Assembly: GCA_030447415.1 (NCBI GenBank)
Contig: JAUJOZ010000010.1
Location: 54,100-118,099, forward strand
From: Thermomicrobiales bacterium
GTDB lineage: Bacteria > Chloroflexota > Chloroflexia > Thermomicrobiales > UBA6265
DNA: 64,000 nucleotides
Direction of reading: 5' to 3'
Positions 9,263 to 17,923 of this stretch are shown in pieces. The position numbers were made by a program, and so were the translations under genes. Each line of letters begins with the position of its first letter. The first letter of the stretch is position 1. A model generated the notes under the pieces. It saw only the letters and a list, made by a program, of their open reading frames with translations, did no database searches and was not told the origin of the DNA.

Positions 9263-10318
9263 CTAGGTCGTGCCTTGGCTATCCGGCGCCACCTCGCCGC
9301 CAATGGCTCCCTCCAGCTTCTCCTGGCTCGCGGCCAGGTTCTCGGCTGGGGCGTCAACCGCGCCGGTGCTGGTGGCAATCGCCGAGGCATCAGCGATGTA
9401 GTAGCGCATGAACTCCTGCAAGGTCGGATTATCGGCAAGACTCGACGCCTTGACGTAGACGTAGAGCGGCCGGCTCAGCGGTGCGTACTCCTGGGATCGG
9501 ATGGTGTCCTGGCTTGGGGCAACGCAATCCGCTGGGTCGCCGGTAGTCGTCACCGCGACGGCGTTGAGGCGGTCCGGCGCTTGCTCGTAGTAGGCGTAGC
9601 CGAAGTAGCCGAAGCCACCCTCGGTGCCGGACACGCCCTCGACCAGGACGTTGTCGTCGGAGCTGGGCTCGTACGCGACAGCGGGCTCCAGCGTTTGGCC
9701 ACTCTCGTCCTCGCCAAGGATCTCCTCGTTGAAGAATTCGTAGGTGCCGGACTCGGCGTCCGGGCCGAAGAGCTGGATCTCCAGATCGGGAAACTCCGGC
9801 ACGATCTCGTTGTAGTTGGTGACCTCGCCGTTCCAGATCTGCGCCAGCACGTCGGTTGAGATGCAGGTGAGGAAGGTGTTGTTTTCGGGCACCACGATCG
9901 TGATACCGTCGAAGGCAATCTCGAACTCATAGAAGTCGACGCCGTTCTCGGCGCAGACCGCCGCCTCGTCCTCCTTGATCGGACGTGAGGCGTTCTGGAT
10001 ATCGGTTTCATCGTTGCAGAACTTCTCGAAACCGCCGCCCGTGCCGGAGACTCCGACGTTGACCTCGACGTCCTCCGCGTACTGCTCCTTGAAGTTTTCG
10101 GCGGCCACGATCGTGATCGGCCCGACCGTCGAGGAGCCATCCGCGACGATCTCGCCTTCGAGGTCGGCCACGTCCGCGGACGGCTCATACGGTGTGGGAC
10201 CGCCGGCCGCCGGCGTGGCATCCTGGGCGCGCATCACGTGCGGCATGACCGACATCATCCCCAGGAGCACCGCCAGGACGACCGTCCAGACAGCCCGCTG
10301 CTCTACCCGAGTTCCCAT
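9263..10318 (-). CDS. pstS: phosphate ABC transporter substrate-binding protein PstS
   Basis: ORF 9263..10525. The real start is probably ATG 10318 (or GTG 10327) after GGAGGAGG, giving the signal peptide MGTRVEQRAVWTVVLAVLLGMMSV. The longer ORF would overlap the regulator gene. Confidence 0.9.
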   Translation of the reverse strand: MGTRVEQRAVWTVVLAVLLGMMSVMPHVMRAQDATPAAGGPTPYEPSADVADLEGEIVADGSSTVGPITIVAAENFKEQYAEDVEVNVGVSGTGGGFEKFCNDETDIQNASRPIKEDEAAVCAENGVDFYEFEIAFDGITIVVPENNTFLTCISTDVLAQIWNGEVTNYNEIVPEFPDLEIQLFGPDAESGTYEFFNEEILGEDESGQTLEPAVAYEPSSDDNVLVEGVSGTEGGFGYFGYAYYEQAPDRLNAVAVTTTGDPADCVAPSQDTIRSQEYAPLSRPLYVYVKASSLADNPTLQEFMRYYIADASAIATSTGAVDAPAENLAASQEKLEGAIGGEVAPDSQGTT

Positions 10319-10360
10319 GATTGCCACGCGGTGATTCCTCCTCCGCACTGCTGCGTTCTG

Positions 10361-10383
10361 GTCGGGTGACCGCAACCTGACCC
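10361..10383 (-). promoter_or_regulatory. candidate PHO box (two 11-nt direct-repeat units GGTCAnnnnnn) upstream of pstS
   Basis: Minus strand reads GGGTCAGGTTGCGGTCACCCGAC, with GGTCA repeated at exactly 11-nt spacing, 45-65 nt upstream of the pstS start. Assigned by analogy only. Confidence 0.3.
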
Positions 10384-10427
10384 ATCTCTCCGACCGCCGG
10401 GGCACTGAACGTCCGGAGGGCACGACA

Positions 10428-11249
10428 CTAACGAGATGGCGATGAGCGGAACTCTCCGCTCGCGGTCTCGGGTTCGCTCGCCAAGACGAAGGTGTAGCCC
10501 GCCCCGTAGACCGTGCGGATGACATCGGGACCGACGCCCGCTTCGCTCAACTTGGCACGCAGCCAGGAGATATGGACATCGACCGTCCGCTCGTCGACGA
10601 TCGCCTCCTCGCCCCAGATCGAGTCGAGGAGGTCCTGCCGGCCGAAGATACGTCCGGGCTCCATCGTCAGGACGACGAGCAGACCGAACTCCTTCGGCCG
10701 CAACTTGAGCTCGCGCTCGCCGACAAGAGCGCGCCGCCGCTCGGGCTCGATCCGAAGCGGACCGCGGTGAAGCACGGCGGGTGGCCGCGCCGATGGGATG
10801 GCCCGTCGCCGGACCGCGGCGCGGACGCGCGCCAGCAACTCCCGCAACGCGAACGGCTTGACCACGTAGTCGTCGGCGCCGAGCTCCAACCCGTCGACCA
10901 GGTCTTGCTCCTCGCCGCGAGCGGACAGAATCAGCACCGGGACGGCGGACTGACCGCGCAACTGGCGCAGCACCTGGAACCCGTTCATGCCGGGAAGCAT
11001 CAGATCGAGGATGACCAGGTCGAGCCGATCGTCTTCACGATGGGCCACGTCGAGCCCAGTTTCGCCGTCGCCGGCAGTCAGGACGCGGTAGCCGGCCCGA
11101 ACGAGGTTGTAGGAAATGGTGCTACGGAGGACGGGGTCGTCTTCGACGACGAGGACGGTCGCCTGTTCTGCACCCGAGCGGCCGGAGGTGGCAGCCCCCT
11201 CTGTCGCGGCAACCGTCGTGGAAGTCAGCGCAGGGACGCGATCGGTCAT
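10428..11249 (-). CDS. OmpR/PhoB-family response regulator (receiver + winged-helix)
   Basis: Receiver motifs VLVVEDDP...LDLVILDLMLPGMNG...KPF, and a C-terminal trans_reg_C domain (LKLRPKEFGLLVVL...VDVHISWLRAKL...IRTVYGAGY). Confidence 0.92.
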   Translation of the reverse strand: MTDRVPALTSTTVAATEGAATSGRSGAEQATVLVVEDDPVLRSTISYNLVRAGYRVLTAGDGETGLDVAHREDDRLDLVILDLMLPGMNGFQVLRQLRGQSAVPVLILSARGEEQDLVDGLELGADDYVVKPFALRELLARVRAAVRRRAIPSARPPAVLHRGPLRIEPERRRALVGERELKLRPKEFGLLVVLTMEPGRIFGRQDLLDSIWGEEAIVDERTVDVHISWLRAKLSEAGVGPDVIRTVYGAGYTFVLASEPETASGEFRSSPSR

Positions 11250-11371
11250 GCACTGAGGATACCCGCCAGCCTTTGACCAGGGGTGAGCAAATTGTTAAAT
11301 CGTGCAGGTCGGTTCGGGAAGTACCGTGATCTGGCGGTCACAGGAGCGACAGGAGCGCGACCTGGCCGGGC

Positions 11372-13369
11372 TTGCTCCAGTCCGCGGCTCCGGTCCTATA
11401 CTTGGGCCCTCGCGCCCCGTCCCAGCCGCTCCCGCCTCGTCTGCGACGCCATGTCCGCCGCCCCTCCCAACGTCTCGCCCGTCCCGCCGGCCGCCAGCCG
11501 CCGCCGGAAGCCGCCCCGCCGGGTGGGTTTTGCCCTTTCGACCCTTGCGCCGCGCACGCTGCGAAGTCGCCTCGCGCTCACCTTCACCGGACCGGTCTAG
11601 TGGTCGCCGTGCTGGCCGCGCTTGGCATCTACCTCGCCAGCGGTGCCCGTCAACTCTACGTCGACCGGCTGGCCGATCAGTTGGCGGCCCAGGCGCAGTT
11701 GGTCGCCGCGGCCGCCGCGCCATCGCTGGCCGCGGGCGGCGGCGTCGCGGAAATCGATCCCCTCGTGAAGCGGCTCGGCGCGCAGATTGACGCCCGGGTG
11801 ACGGTGATCGCGCCCGACGGCACGGTTCTCGGGGACTCGGTCGCCGACCCGCGGGCGATGGAGAACCACGCCGATCGGCCAGAGGTTGTGGCGGCCCGGA
11901 CCGCGGGGGTCGGGAAGACGCAGCGGCGCAGCGGCACCCTCGACACGGCCTTTCTCTACGTCGCTGTGCCGATCATGGGGACACCAGATGCCGCGGCTCG
12001 GGTGGCGCTGCCACTTGACGAGGTGAATGCCGCCGTCCGGCGGATCCAGCGCGACGTCGGCGCCGCGGCGGCGATCGCGGCGGCGCTGGCCGCAGTCGTG
12101 GCGGTCCTCATCGCGGCGCGGATCACCGAGCCCTTGGACGCCCTGCGTCGCCAGGTGCGGGCGGTCGCGGCTGGGAGCCTCGACGCCGCCGTGCGGCCAG
12201 CCCCGACGCGGGAGCTCGGCGACGTCGGACGCGCCTTCAACGCGATGACGGCCGACCTGCGCCGGCTGGCAGCCGAGCAGAGGCGGACGCGGGACAGGCT
12301 GGAGGCAACGCTGGCCAACCTCAACGACGGCGTCGTCATCACCGACGAGACGGGCGCGGTGGTCCGGCTGAACGGCGCGGCGGAACGGATCCTTGGGGTG
12401 ATGAGCGAGGCGGCAGTCGGCCGGCCGTTCATCGTGGCCTCACGCGACCACGATCTGGCCGACCTGCTGCAGGAAGCCCTGGCGACAGGTGAACCGCGCG
12501 CGGCGACCGTCGCGTACACCCACGGCCGGCGGGTCCTCGAGGTATCGGCGCGATCGGTCCGAAGCGGGGGAGAACGGATCGGGCTGGTGGTGCTGCGGGA
12601 CGTGACAGAGCTGCGGCGGCTGGAGGGGGTCCGGCGAGAGTTCGTCGCCAACGTCTCCCACGAGTTGCGGACGCCGCTCGCGTCGATCAAGGCGCTCGCC
12701 GAGACGCTCCAGGCGGGCGCACGCGACGACCCGGCGGTAGCCGACGAGTTCCTCGGGCGCATCACCGGGGAGGTCGATTACCTGACTGCGCTGGTTGATG
12801 AGCTGCTGGACTTGGCGCGGCTCGAGGCCGGGCGCATCACCCTTCGGCCGGAGGTGTGCGATCCGGCCGACGTGCTGCCGCGAGCCGTCGAGCGACTGCG
12901 ACCGCAGGCCGAGCGCGCGGGTTTGGCGTTGCGGGTCGAGATCCCGTCGGGGCTGCCCGCGGTCCGGGTGGATCGGGCGCGTATCGAGCAGGTGATGCTC
13001 AACCTCGTCCACAATGCTGTCAAGTTCACGCCCGTGGGCGGCGAGATCGTCACCGGCGCGGCGGTGACCGAGGGGATGCTGCGGGTCTCGGTCCGCGATA
13101 CGGGTGTCGGCATTGCGGCGGAGGAGTTGCCACGTGTCTTCGAGCGGTTCTATAAGACCGACAAGGCTCGACGCTCGGTCGGCACCGGACTCGGCCTGGC
13201 CATCGCCAAGCACATCGTGCAGGCCCACGGCGGAGCGATCTCGGCGGAAAGCGCACCCGGTCAGGGGGCGACCTTTTCCTTCACCGTGCCGCTGGCCGCC
13301 CCGACGGACGGGGCAGGTGCCGCTGCCAACGGAAAGGGGACCAGCACCGATCCGCATCCACCCGCCTGA
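11372..13369 (+). CDS. PhoR-like sensor histidine kinase (TM-HAMP-PAS-HisKA-HATPase)
   Basis: H-box FVANVSHELRTPL, N-box LNLVHNAVKFTP, G-boxes DTGVGI and GTGLGLAI. The true N-terminus probably lies in another frame (ATG 11451, ...RTLRSRLALTFTG) and is joined by a 1-nt frame change near 11592. Confidence 0.9.
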   Translation: MLQSAAPVLYLGPRAPSQPLPPRLRRHVRRPSQRLARPAGRQPPPEAAPPGGFCPFDPCAAHAAKSPRAHLHRTGLVVAVLAALGIYLASGARQLYVDRLADQLAAQAQLVAAAAAPSLAAGGGVAEIDPLVKRLGAQIDARVTVIAPDGTVLGDSVADPRAMENHADRPEVVAARTAGVGKTQRRSGTLDTAFLYVAVPIMGTPDAAARVALPLDEVNAAVRRIQRDVGAAAAIAAALAAVVAVLIAARITEPLDALRRQVRAVAAGSLDAAVRPAPTRELGDVGRAFNAMTADLRRLAAEQRRTRDRLEATLANLNDGVVITDETGAVVRLNGAAERILGVMSEAAVGRPFIVASRDHDLADLLQEALATGEPRAATVAYTHGRRVLEVSARSVRSGGERIGLVVLRDVTELRRLEGVRREFVANVSHELRTPLASIKALAETLQAGARDDPAVADEFLGRITGEVDYLTALVDELLDLARLEAGRITLRPEVCDPADVLPRAVERLRPQAERAGLALRVEIPSGLPAVRVDRARIEQVMLNLVHNAVKFTPVGGEIVTGAAVTEGMLRVSVRDTGVGIAAEELPRVFERFYKTDKARRSVGTGLGLAIAKHIVQAHGGAISAESAPGQGATFSFTVPLAAPTDGAGAAANGKGTSTDPHPPA

Positions 13370-13426
13370 ATGGGCGTCCTGCACGCCGATGGGCCGGTCC
13401 CGTGCGTGGACGAGCCGGCCCTCCAG

Positions 13427-13465
13427 CCAAGACCGGGCGTCACCACACGGAGCGACCGGTCTTGG
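13427..13465 (+). terminator. perfect 10-bp stem hairpin downstream of the kinase gene (no U-tract)
   Basis: ccaagaccgg (13427-13436) pairs with ccggtcttgg (13456-13465) around a 19-nt loop, 58 nt after the stop at 13369. Confidence 0.3.
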
Positions 13466-13820
13466 CGTCGTCGCGGGTCGGCAGCCGCGGCACGAGCCCG
13501 CCGGCTTCCCGAGCGCCTCAACCCTTTTGTGATTGGGGCTGATACCTGGTCGGTCCGTCTCACAAACGAGGCAGCGTGCTCAGACAGGGGCGGCGGACGA
13601 TAGAGGCGCGAGCGATGGTCGCTGCTAGGCACGGTAACGCACGTCAGCCAAGCGCCATCGGTATCCGCGAGGGGGTGAGTAAGGTGAGCGCGGCGGCCCC
13701 GACCGGTCGCGTCTCAGCTTCTGCGCCCTCGTCTGGCAGCCAGGCGTCGTGGCCGCGCTTGTCACGAAATGGTTATGGGGTGCGCCCCGACGGGCCGGAC
13801 GGTTCCGGAGTTATCGGACC

Positions 13821-13853
13821 AACGAAACGAAAAGCCCGCGTCTGTACGCGGGC
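13821..13853 (-). terminator. rho-independent terminator of tRNA-Glu
   Basis: Minus strand reads GCCCGCGT-ACAG-ACGCGGGC followed by TTTTCGTTTCGTT, about 30 nt past the tRNA 3' end. Confidence 0.55.
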
Positions 13854-13884
13854 TTCTCAGACGCTGCCGAATTGGTTGAACTAT

Positions 13885-13959
13885 TGGTAGCGCATAGGGA
13901 TTCGAACCCTGATCTCCGCCTTGAGAGGGCGGTGTCCTAGGCCGCTAGACGAATGCGCC
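13885..13959 (-). tRNA. tRNA-Glu: tRNA-Glu (anticodon CUC), CCA encoded
   Basis: Reverse complement is GGCGCATTCGTCTAGCGGCCTAGGACACCGCCCTCTCAAGGCGGAGATCAGGGTTCGAATCCCTATGCGCTACCA. The Glu-type D arm GTCTAG..GGAC, anticodon arm CCGCC-CTCTCAA-GGCGG and TTCGAAT T-loop are all present. My hand fold gives only 4 bp in the T stem. Confidence 0.85.
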
Positions 13960-14016
13960 CCGTCGCTCGGACGGTAGGCTATCACCCCGGTTGCCGAGTC
14001 GTCAACCGCCCGGCGC

Positions 14017-14460
14017 TCAGTCGGCGGCGAGCTCCGTCGTCACCAGCGAGAGCATTCGGTCAATGTCGAACGGCTTCGGAACGAACGTCACGCTCTCCCG
14101 TTCGACTCGGCGACCGACCGCACTCATCAAGATCACTGGCGTGCGCGAAAGGGCGTCCGCGCTGCCGCGCAGGTGGTCGAGCAACTCAAGGCCGGTCATC
14201 CGCGGCATCATGACGTCGCTGATCACCAGCTTCGGGTGCGCCGCCAGAGCGAGCTCCCACGCCTGCTGCCCGTCATAGGCACGAAGGACGGTGAAGCCCT
14301 CGTCCTCGAGAAGCACCGCGAGGAAGTCCACGATGTCGGCTTCGTCGTCGACGACGAGGATGCAGGAATGGTCGCGGCGATCCCCGTTCCCGAACGTGAG
14401 CGGGACTGAAGCGTTCTGCCACCGGTGCGGGTCGCCGCCAAGCGGCCGGTTCGGTTCCAC
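14017..14460 (-). CDS. single-domain CheY-like response regulator (receiver only)
   Basis: ILVVDDEADIVDFL...LVISDVMMPRMTGLELL...PVILMSA...KPFDIDRM, with no output domain. Confidence 0.85.
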   Translation of the reverse strand: MEPNRPLGGDPHRWQNASVPLTFGNGDRRDHSCILVVDDEADIVDFLAVLLEDEGFTVLRAYDGQQAWELALAAHPKLVISDVMMPRMTGLELLDHLRGSADALSRTPVILMSAVGRRVERESVTFVPKPFDIDRMLSLVTTELAAD

Positions 14461-14794
14461 AATCGTCGTCCCACGCGGTCGAGTGGCTGTGTCCTCGCCC
14501 CCGACCTCGACCCCGGGCCTGCGGCCGCCCGGTTGCAGACACTACGAAGCAATCGCCGTGCCAACCCAATACACCTCGCGCGCCGGGAGCCGCGCCCTTC
14601 GGCTGGCGAGCATGATCGTGTGCGACCCGGCGGAGCGCTTCGGTCGCCAAGCTGCCATGTCACGCGACTCCTTGGGCGGCGCGCGACGGACGTGCCGGCG
14701 GTGGCACTTGCCCCGGCCCTCGGCCGGGACTATTCTCCGGGTCCTGCGAATACGCATCCGCCGGCCACGCGGCACGCGAGTGGGAGCCACCGAC

Positions 14795-15724
14795 ATGGTG
14801 ACGAGCGCAACGTCCGCTCAGGGAGCGGGCGCTGCCGACGGTTCGGACCGGTTGATCATCTCCTGCGCGACCACCGGCTCGTGGCCGACCAAGGCGCAGA
14901 ACCCGGCCCTACCGGTGACTGAGGAGGAGATCGCCGAGGCCGCGCTTGCCTGCCGCGAGGCCGGCGCCGCTGTCGTCCACATTCATGTCCGCGACGCCGA
15001 GGGGCGTGTCACCTGCGACCCGACCCGCTACGCTCGGGTGCGGGAGTTGATCGAGGCGCGCGGCTGCGACGTGATTGTCAACATGAGCACCGGCGGTGGC
15101 GCCGGCCAGACGACCGACGAGGAGCGGATGGCGCCGGTGGCCCTGGCGCCGGAGATCGCCTCCTTCGATTGCGGCTCGCTCAACTTCGGAGACCGTGTCT
15201 TCGTCAACTCCCCCCCATTCTTGCGGGAGCTCGCCGGGCGGATGGCGCGGCACGGGGTGCTGCCGGAGATCGAGTGCTTCGAGGCAGGGCACGTCGAGAA
15301 CGCGCGCCGGTTGATCGAGGAGGGCGCGCTGCGCCCCCCATTCTGGTTTCAGTTCGTGCTCGGGGTACGGGGCGGCGCTCCGGCCACGGTCAAGCAGCTC
15401 GTCCACATGGTCGAGATGCTGCCACCCGGCGCCCGCTGGTCGGTCTGCGCCATCGGTCGCGCACAGTTGCCGATGGACGTGGCGGCAATGGCGATGGGGG
15501 GGCACGTCCGGACCGGCTTCGAGGACAACCTCTACTACCGCAAGGGGGAACTGGCCCCCAGCAACGCTCAGCTCGTCGCCCGCCTGGTTCGCATTGCCGA
15601 CGAACTGAACCGCCCGGTCGCCACCCCGGACGAGGCACGGGCGATGCTCGGGTTGCGACCACGCGAGCTCGCGGCCAAGGAGACCGCGGCCAAGACAGAC
15701 CACGCCACCGGCGCGCCGGTCTAG
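14795..15724 (+). CDS. BKACE family enzyme (3-keto-5-aminohexanoate cleavage enzyme-like, DUF849)
   Basis: ATG 14795 lies 8 nt after GGGAG. Family-typical stretches include LIISCATTG, VVHIHVRD, VNMSTGGG, PEIECFEAGH, FQFVLGV and HVRTGFEDN. The longer ORF from 14291 is an unlikely extension. Confidence 0.9.
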   Translation: MVTSATSAQGAGAADGSDRLIISCATTGSWPTKAQNPALPVTEEEIAEAALACREAGAAVVHIHVRDAEGRVTCDPTRYARVRELIEARGCDVIVNMSTGGGAGQTTDEERMAPVALAPEIASFDCGSLNFGDRVFVNSPPFLRELAGRMARHGVLPEIECFEAGHVENARRLIEEGALRPPFWFQFVLGVRGGAPATVKQLVHMVEMLPPGARWSVCAIGRAQLPMDVAAMAMGGHVRTGFEDNLYYRKGELAPSNAQLVARLVRIADELNRPVATPDEARAMLGLRPRELAAKETAAKTDHATGAPV

Positions 15725-16116
15725 GCGTCACCCGGGCGAGACGCGGCGGGGCCGGCAGGTCCCCGGCGGCCGACAGAGGTGCGAGACCGGTCATCGCGGC
15801 GCGCTTGTGCTGGGTCGGTGCGTCGAACATCGCCGTTGTGCCATGGGAGCGTCGCCGCGATCGCCCGTTCACCTGACGCCCATGGGGCGCTGCTTGCAGC
15901 ATCCTTTCCTGGTCATGACGTCGGGGGTGGGACGAGAGGACGACGGGCCGCGTCCGGACAAGCGTCCTTGCCGCCTTGCCGCCGGCGACTGACAGCCTGC
16001 CTTCCCGTTTTGGCCACCAGCTCACCCTTGACAAGGCTCCGCCTCGACGCCACCCTACCCGCGACAACCAGGATCCCAGTGAGGACCAGACGCCTTCAGC
16101 GGAGGAGCTGAGCACG

Positions 16117-17787
16117 ATGGACGGCACGGAGAAGGTCCAGGCGATGTGGGCACGACTCGACCGGCGCGACCTTCTGAAGCGGTCGGCCGGAGCGGCGGCG
16201 CTGGCGGGCGCGGGCATCGGCATCCCGGCGTCCACCCTGGCGGCGCCGGGCACGGGGGCGCGGCTCGACCGCGCCGCACGGCAGGACGACGCCACCACCC
16301 TCATCTTCGGCATGGCCACCGATGTCGACGAGCTGGACCCGCGCCAGATCGACACGCAGGAGGGCTACATCGCCTGCGCCAACATATACGACTGCCTGGT
16401 CATGTACGACTACGGGGCGACGACGATCAGACCAGGGCTCGCCGAGTCGTGGGAGATTTCGCCCGACGGCAAGGAGTACACGTTCAAGCTCCGGCAGGGG
16501 GTGAAGTTCCACGACGGCGCCGACTTCAACGCCGACGCCGTGGTGACCTGGTTCAACTCCATCAAGGAAGGCGCGCCGGGCTCCCAGTACGACGCCACCA
16601 AGATGGTCTACATGAAGGACTTCATCACCACCTGGATCGACGCCGTGGAGGCGGTTGACCCCTTCACGGTGCGGATGCGGCTCCCGAAGCCGTACGCTCC
16701 GCTCCTGGCGAACCTGGCGATCCCCATCGGCAGCATCGTCAGCCCGACGGCGATCCCCAAGGGCCTGGACGAGGTCGCCGTCGCCCCGGCCGGCACCGGT
16801 CCCTTCCGCCTTGAGAAGAAGGAGGACTGGACCCGCGAGAGTCAACTGGTCCTCACCGCCAACCCCGACTACTGGGGCGGCGCCCCGAAAGTCCAGCGCC
16901 TGATCTTCAAGGTGGTGCCGGAAAGCTCGACTCGGCTGGAGCAGGTCGAGGCCGGAGAGCTCGACATCGCTTACGGGTTGAGCCCGGAGGACGTGGAGAA
17001 GGCGCGCGAAAACGCCGACGTTCAAGTGGTCGAGCAGGCCGGACTCAACACCAACTGCATCGAGCTCAATACTTCCAAGGAGCCGTTCACCAAGAAGGAA
17101 GTCCGCCAGGCCCTCAACTACGCCGTCAACAAGCAGGAGCTTTCCGAAGGGCTCTACAACGGTAACATGGTCGCGGCGGGCGGCGTCCTGCCGCCGGTCG
17201 ACTGGGCGTACAACCCCGAGCTCAAGGGCTACGAATACGACCCGGCGAAGGCGCAGGAGCTGCTCCAGGCCGCTGGCTACAACGACGCCAACCCGCTGAA
17301 GTTCACCCTGATGGCCTACACGATCGCCCGCGGTTACAACCCGGCTGGTGACCGGCTGGCGACGGCCATCCAGGAGTACTGGGCGGAGGTCGGCGTCCAG
17401 GCGGAGATTCAGACCGCCGAGTGGACGCAGTACCGGGCCGACCGGCGCGCCAACAAGTTCCAGGCCTCGCAGAGCGGCTGGATGGGCGACAACGGCGACC
17501 CGGACAACTTCCTCGACTCGCTGCTCGCGGGCCACAGCGCCGGCGCGGGCAACACTGCCTTCTACCAGAACCCGCAGGTCGACGAGCTGCTGGCCCAGGC
17601 CCAGCAGGAGTCCGACCAGGAGAAGCGGAAGGCGCTTTACCAACAGGCGGAGCAGATCATCGTCGACGACGCGCCGTGGGTCTTCCTCGGCTACCAGAAG
17701 CACCAGGTCGTGACCCGGGCCAACGTCAAGGACTTCCAGCTTCAGCCGACGTACATCTACTACCTGGCCGGGGTGAGCAAGGGCTAG
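16117..17787 (+). CDS. ABC transporter substrate-binding protein, family 5 (peptide/nickel/opine type), TAT signal
   Basis: ATG 16117 after GGAGGAG. Twin-arginine signal LDRRDLLKRSAGAAALAGAG. Family-5 style body (KFHDGADFNADAVV..., NPDYWGG..., WVFLGYQ). Confidence 0.92.
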   Translation: MDGTEKVQAMWARLDRRDLLKRSAGAAALAGAGIGIPASTLAAPGTGARLDRAARQDDATTLIFGMATDVDELDPRQIDTQEGYIACANIYDCLVMYDYGATTIRPGLAESWEISPDGKEYTFKLRQGVKFHDGADFNADAVVTWFNSIKEGAPGSQYDATKMVYMKDFITTWIDAVEAVDPFTVRMRLPKPYAPLLANLAIPIGSIVSPTAIPKGLDEVAVAPAGTGPFRLEKKEDWTRESQLVLTANPDYWGGAPKVQRLIFKVVPESSTRLEQVEAGELDIAYGLSPEDVEKARENADVQVVEQAGLNTNCIELNTSKEPFTKKEVRQALNYAVNKQELSEGLYNGNMVAAGGVLPPVDWAYNPELKGYEYDPAKAQELLQAAGYNDANPLKFTLMAYTIARGYNPAGDRLATAIQEYWAEVGVQAEIQTAEWTQYRADRRANKFQASQSGWMGDNGDPDNFLDSLLAGHSAGAGNTAFYQNPQVDELLAQAQQESDQEKRKALYQQAEQIIVDDAPWVFLGYQKHQVVTRANVKDFQLQPTYIYYLAGVSKG

Positions 17788-17923
17788 CGCTCGGGGTTGG
17801 GGGCTCAGCCTTGGGAGTTGGGCGGCGTGGATGCGACGCCAAAGACCACGGTTGAGCCCCCGATGCTGGGCGCGCGTCCCCTAGCCATTAGCCCCTGGTG
17901 CCCATTCCCGCGCCGGAGGCGCG

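Noticed and set aside
9263-10525. Full 420-aa pstS ORF
   Set aside because: The first 69 codons overlap the regulator gene and are Arg/Ser/Pro-rich. An internal start with a Shine-Dalgarno site and a signal peptide is far more plausible.
11273-11301. Sigma-70-like promoter TTGACC-17 nt-TAAATC facing the kinase gene
   Set aside because: The -10 element is weak and promoter consensus in this lineage is unknown. It is not reported as a feature.
13535-13830. tmRNA or SRP RNA, suggested by GGGGCTGATACCTGG... and GGTCGGTCCG
   Set aside because: There is no complementary CAGCCCC-ACCA 3' end, no T-arm and no tag ORF ending in Ala-Ala-stop for a tmRNA. There is no GGAA tetraloop or AGCAGC strand, nor a long closing helix, for SRP RNA. 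The region is kept only as an unexplained spacer.
16096-17703. 535-aa minus-strand ORF
   Set aside because: It is antisense to the family-5 binding protein gene, which has clear family features and a TAT signal.
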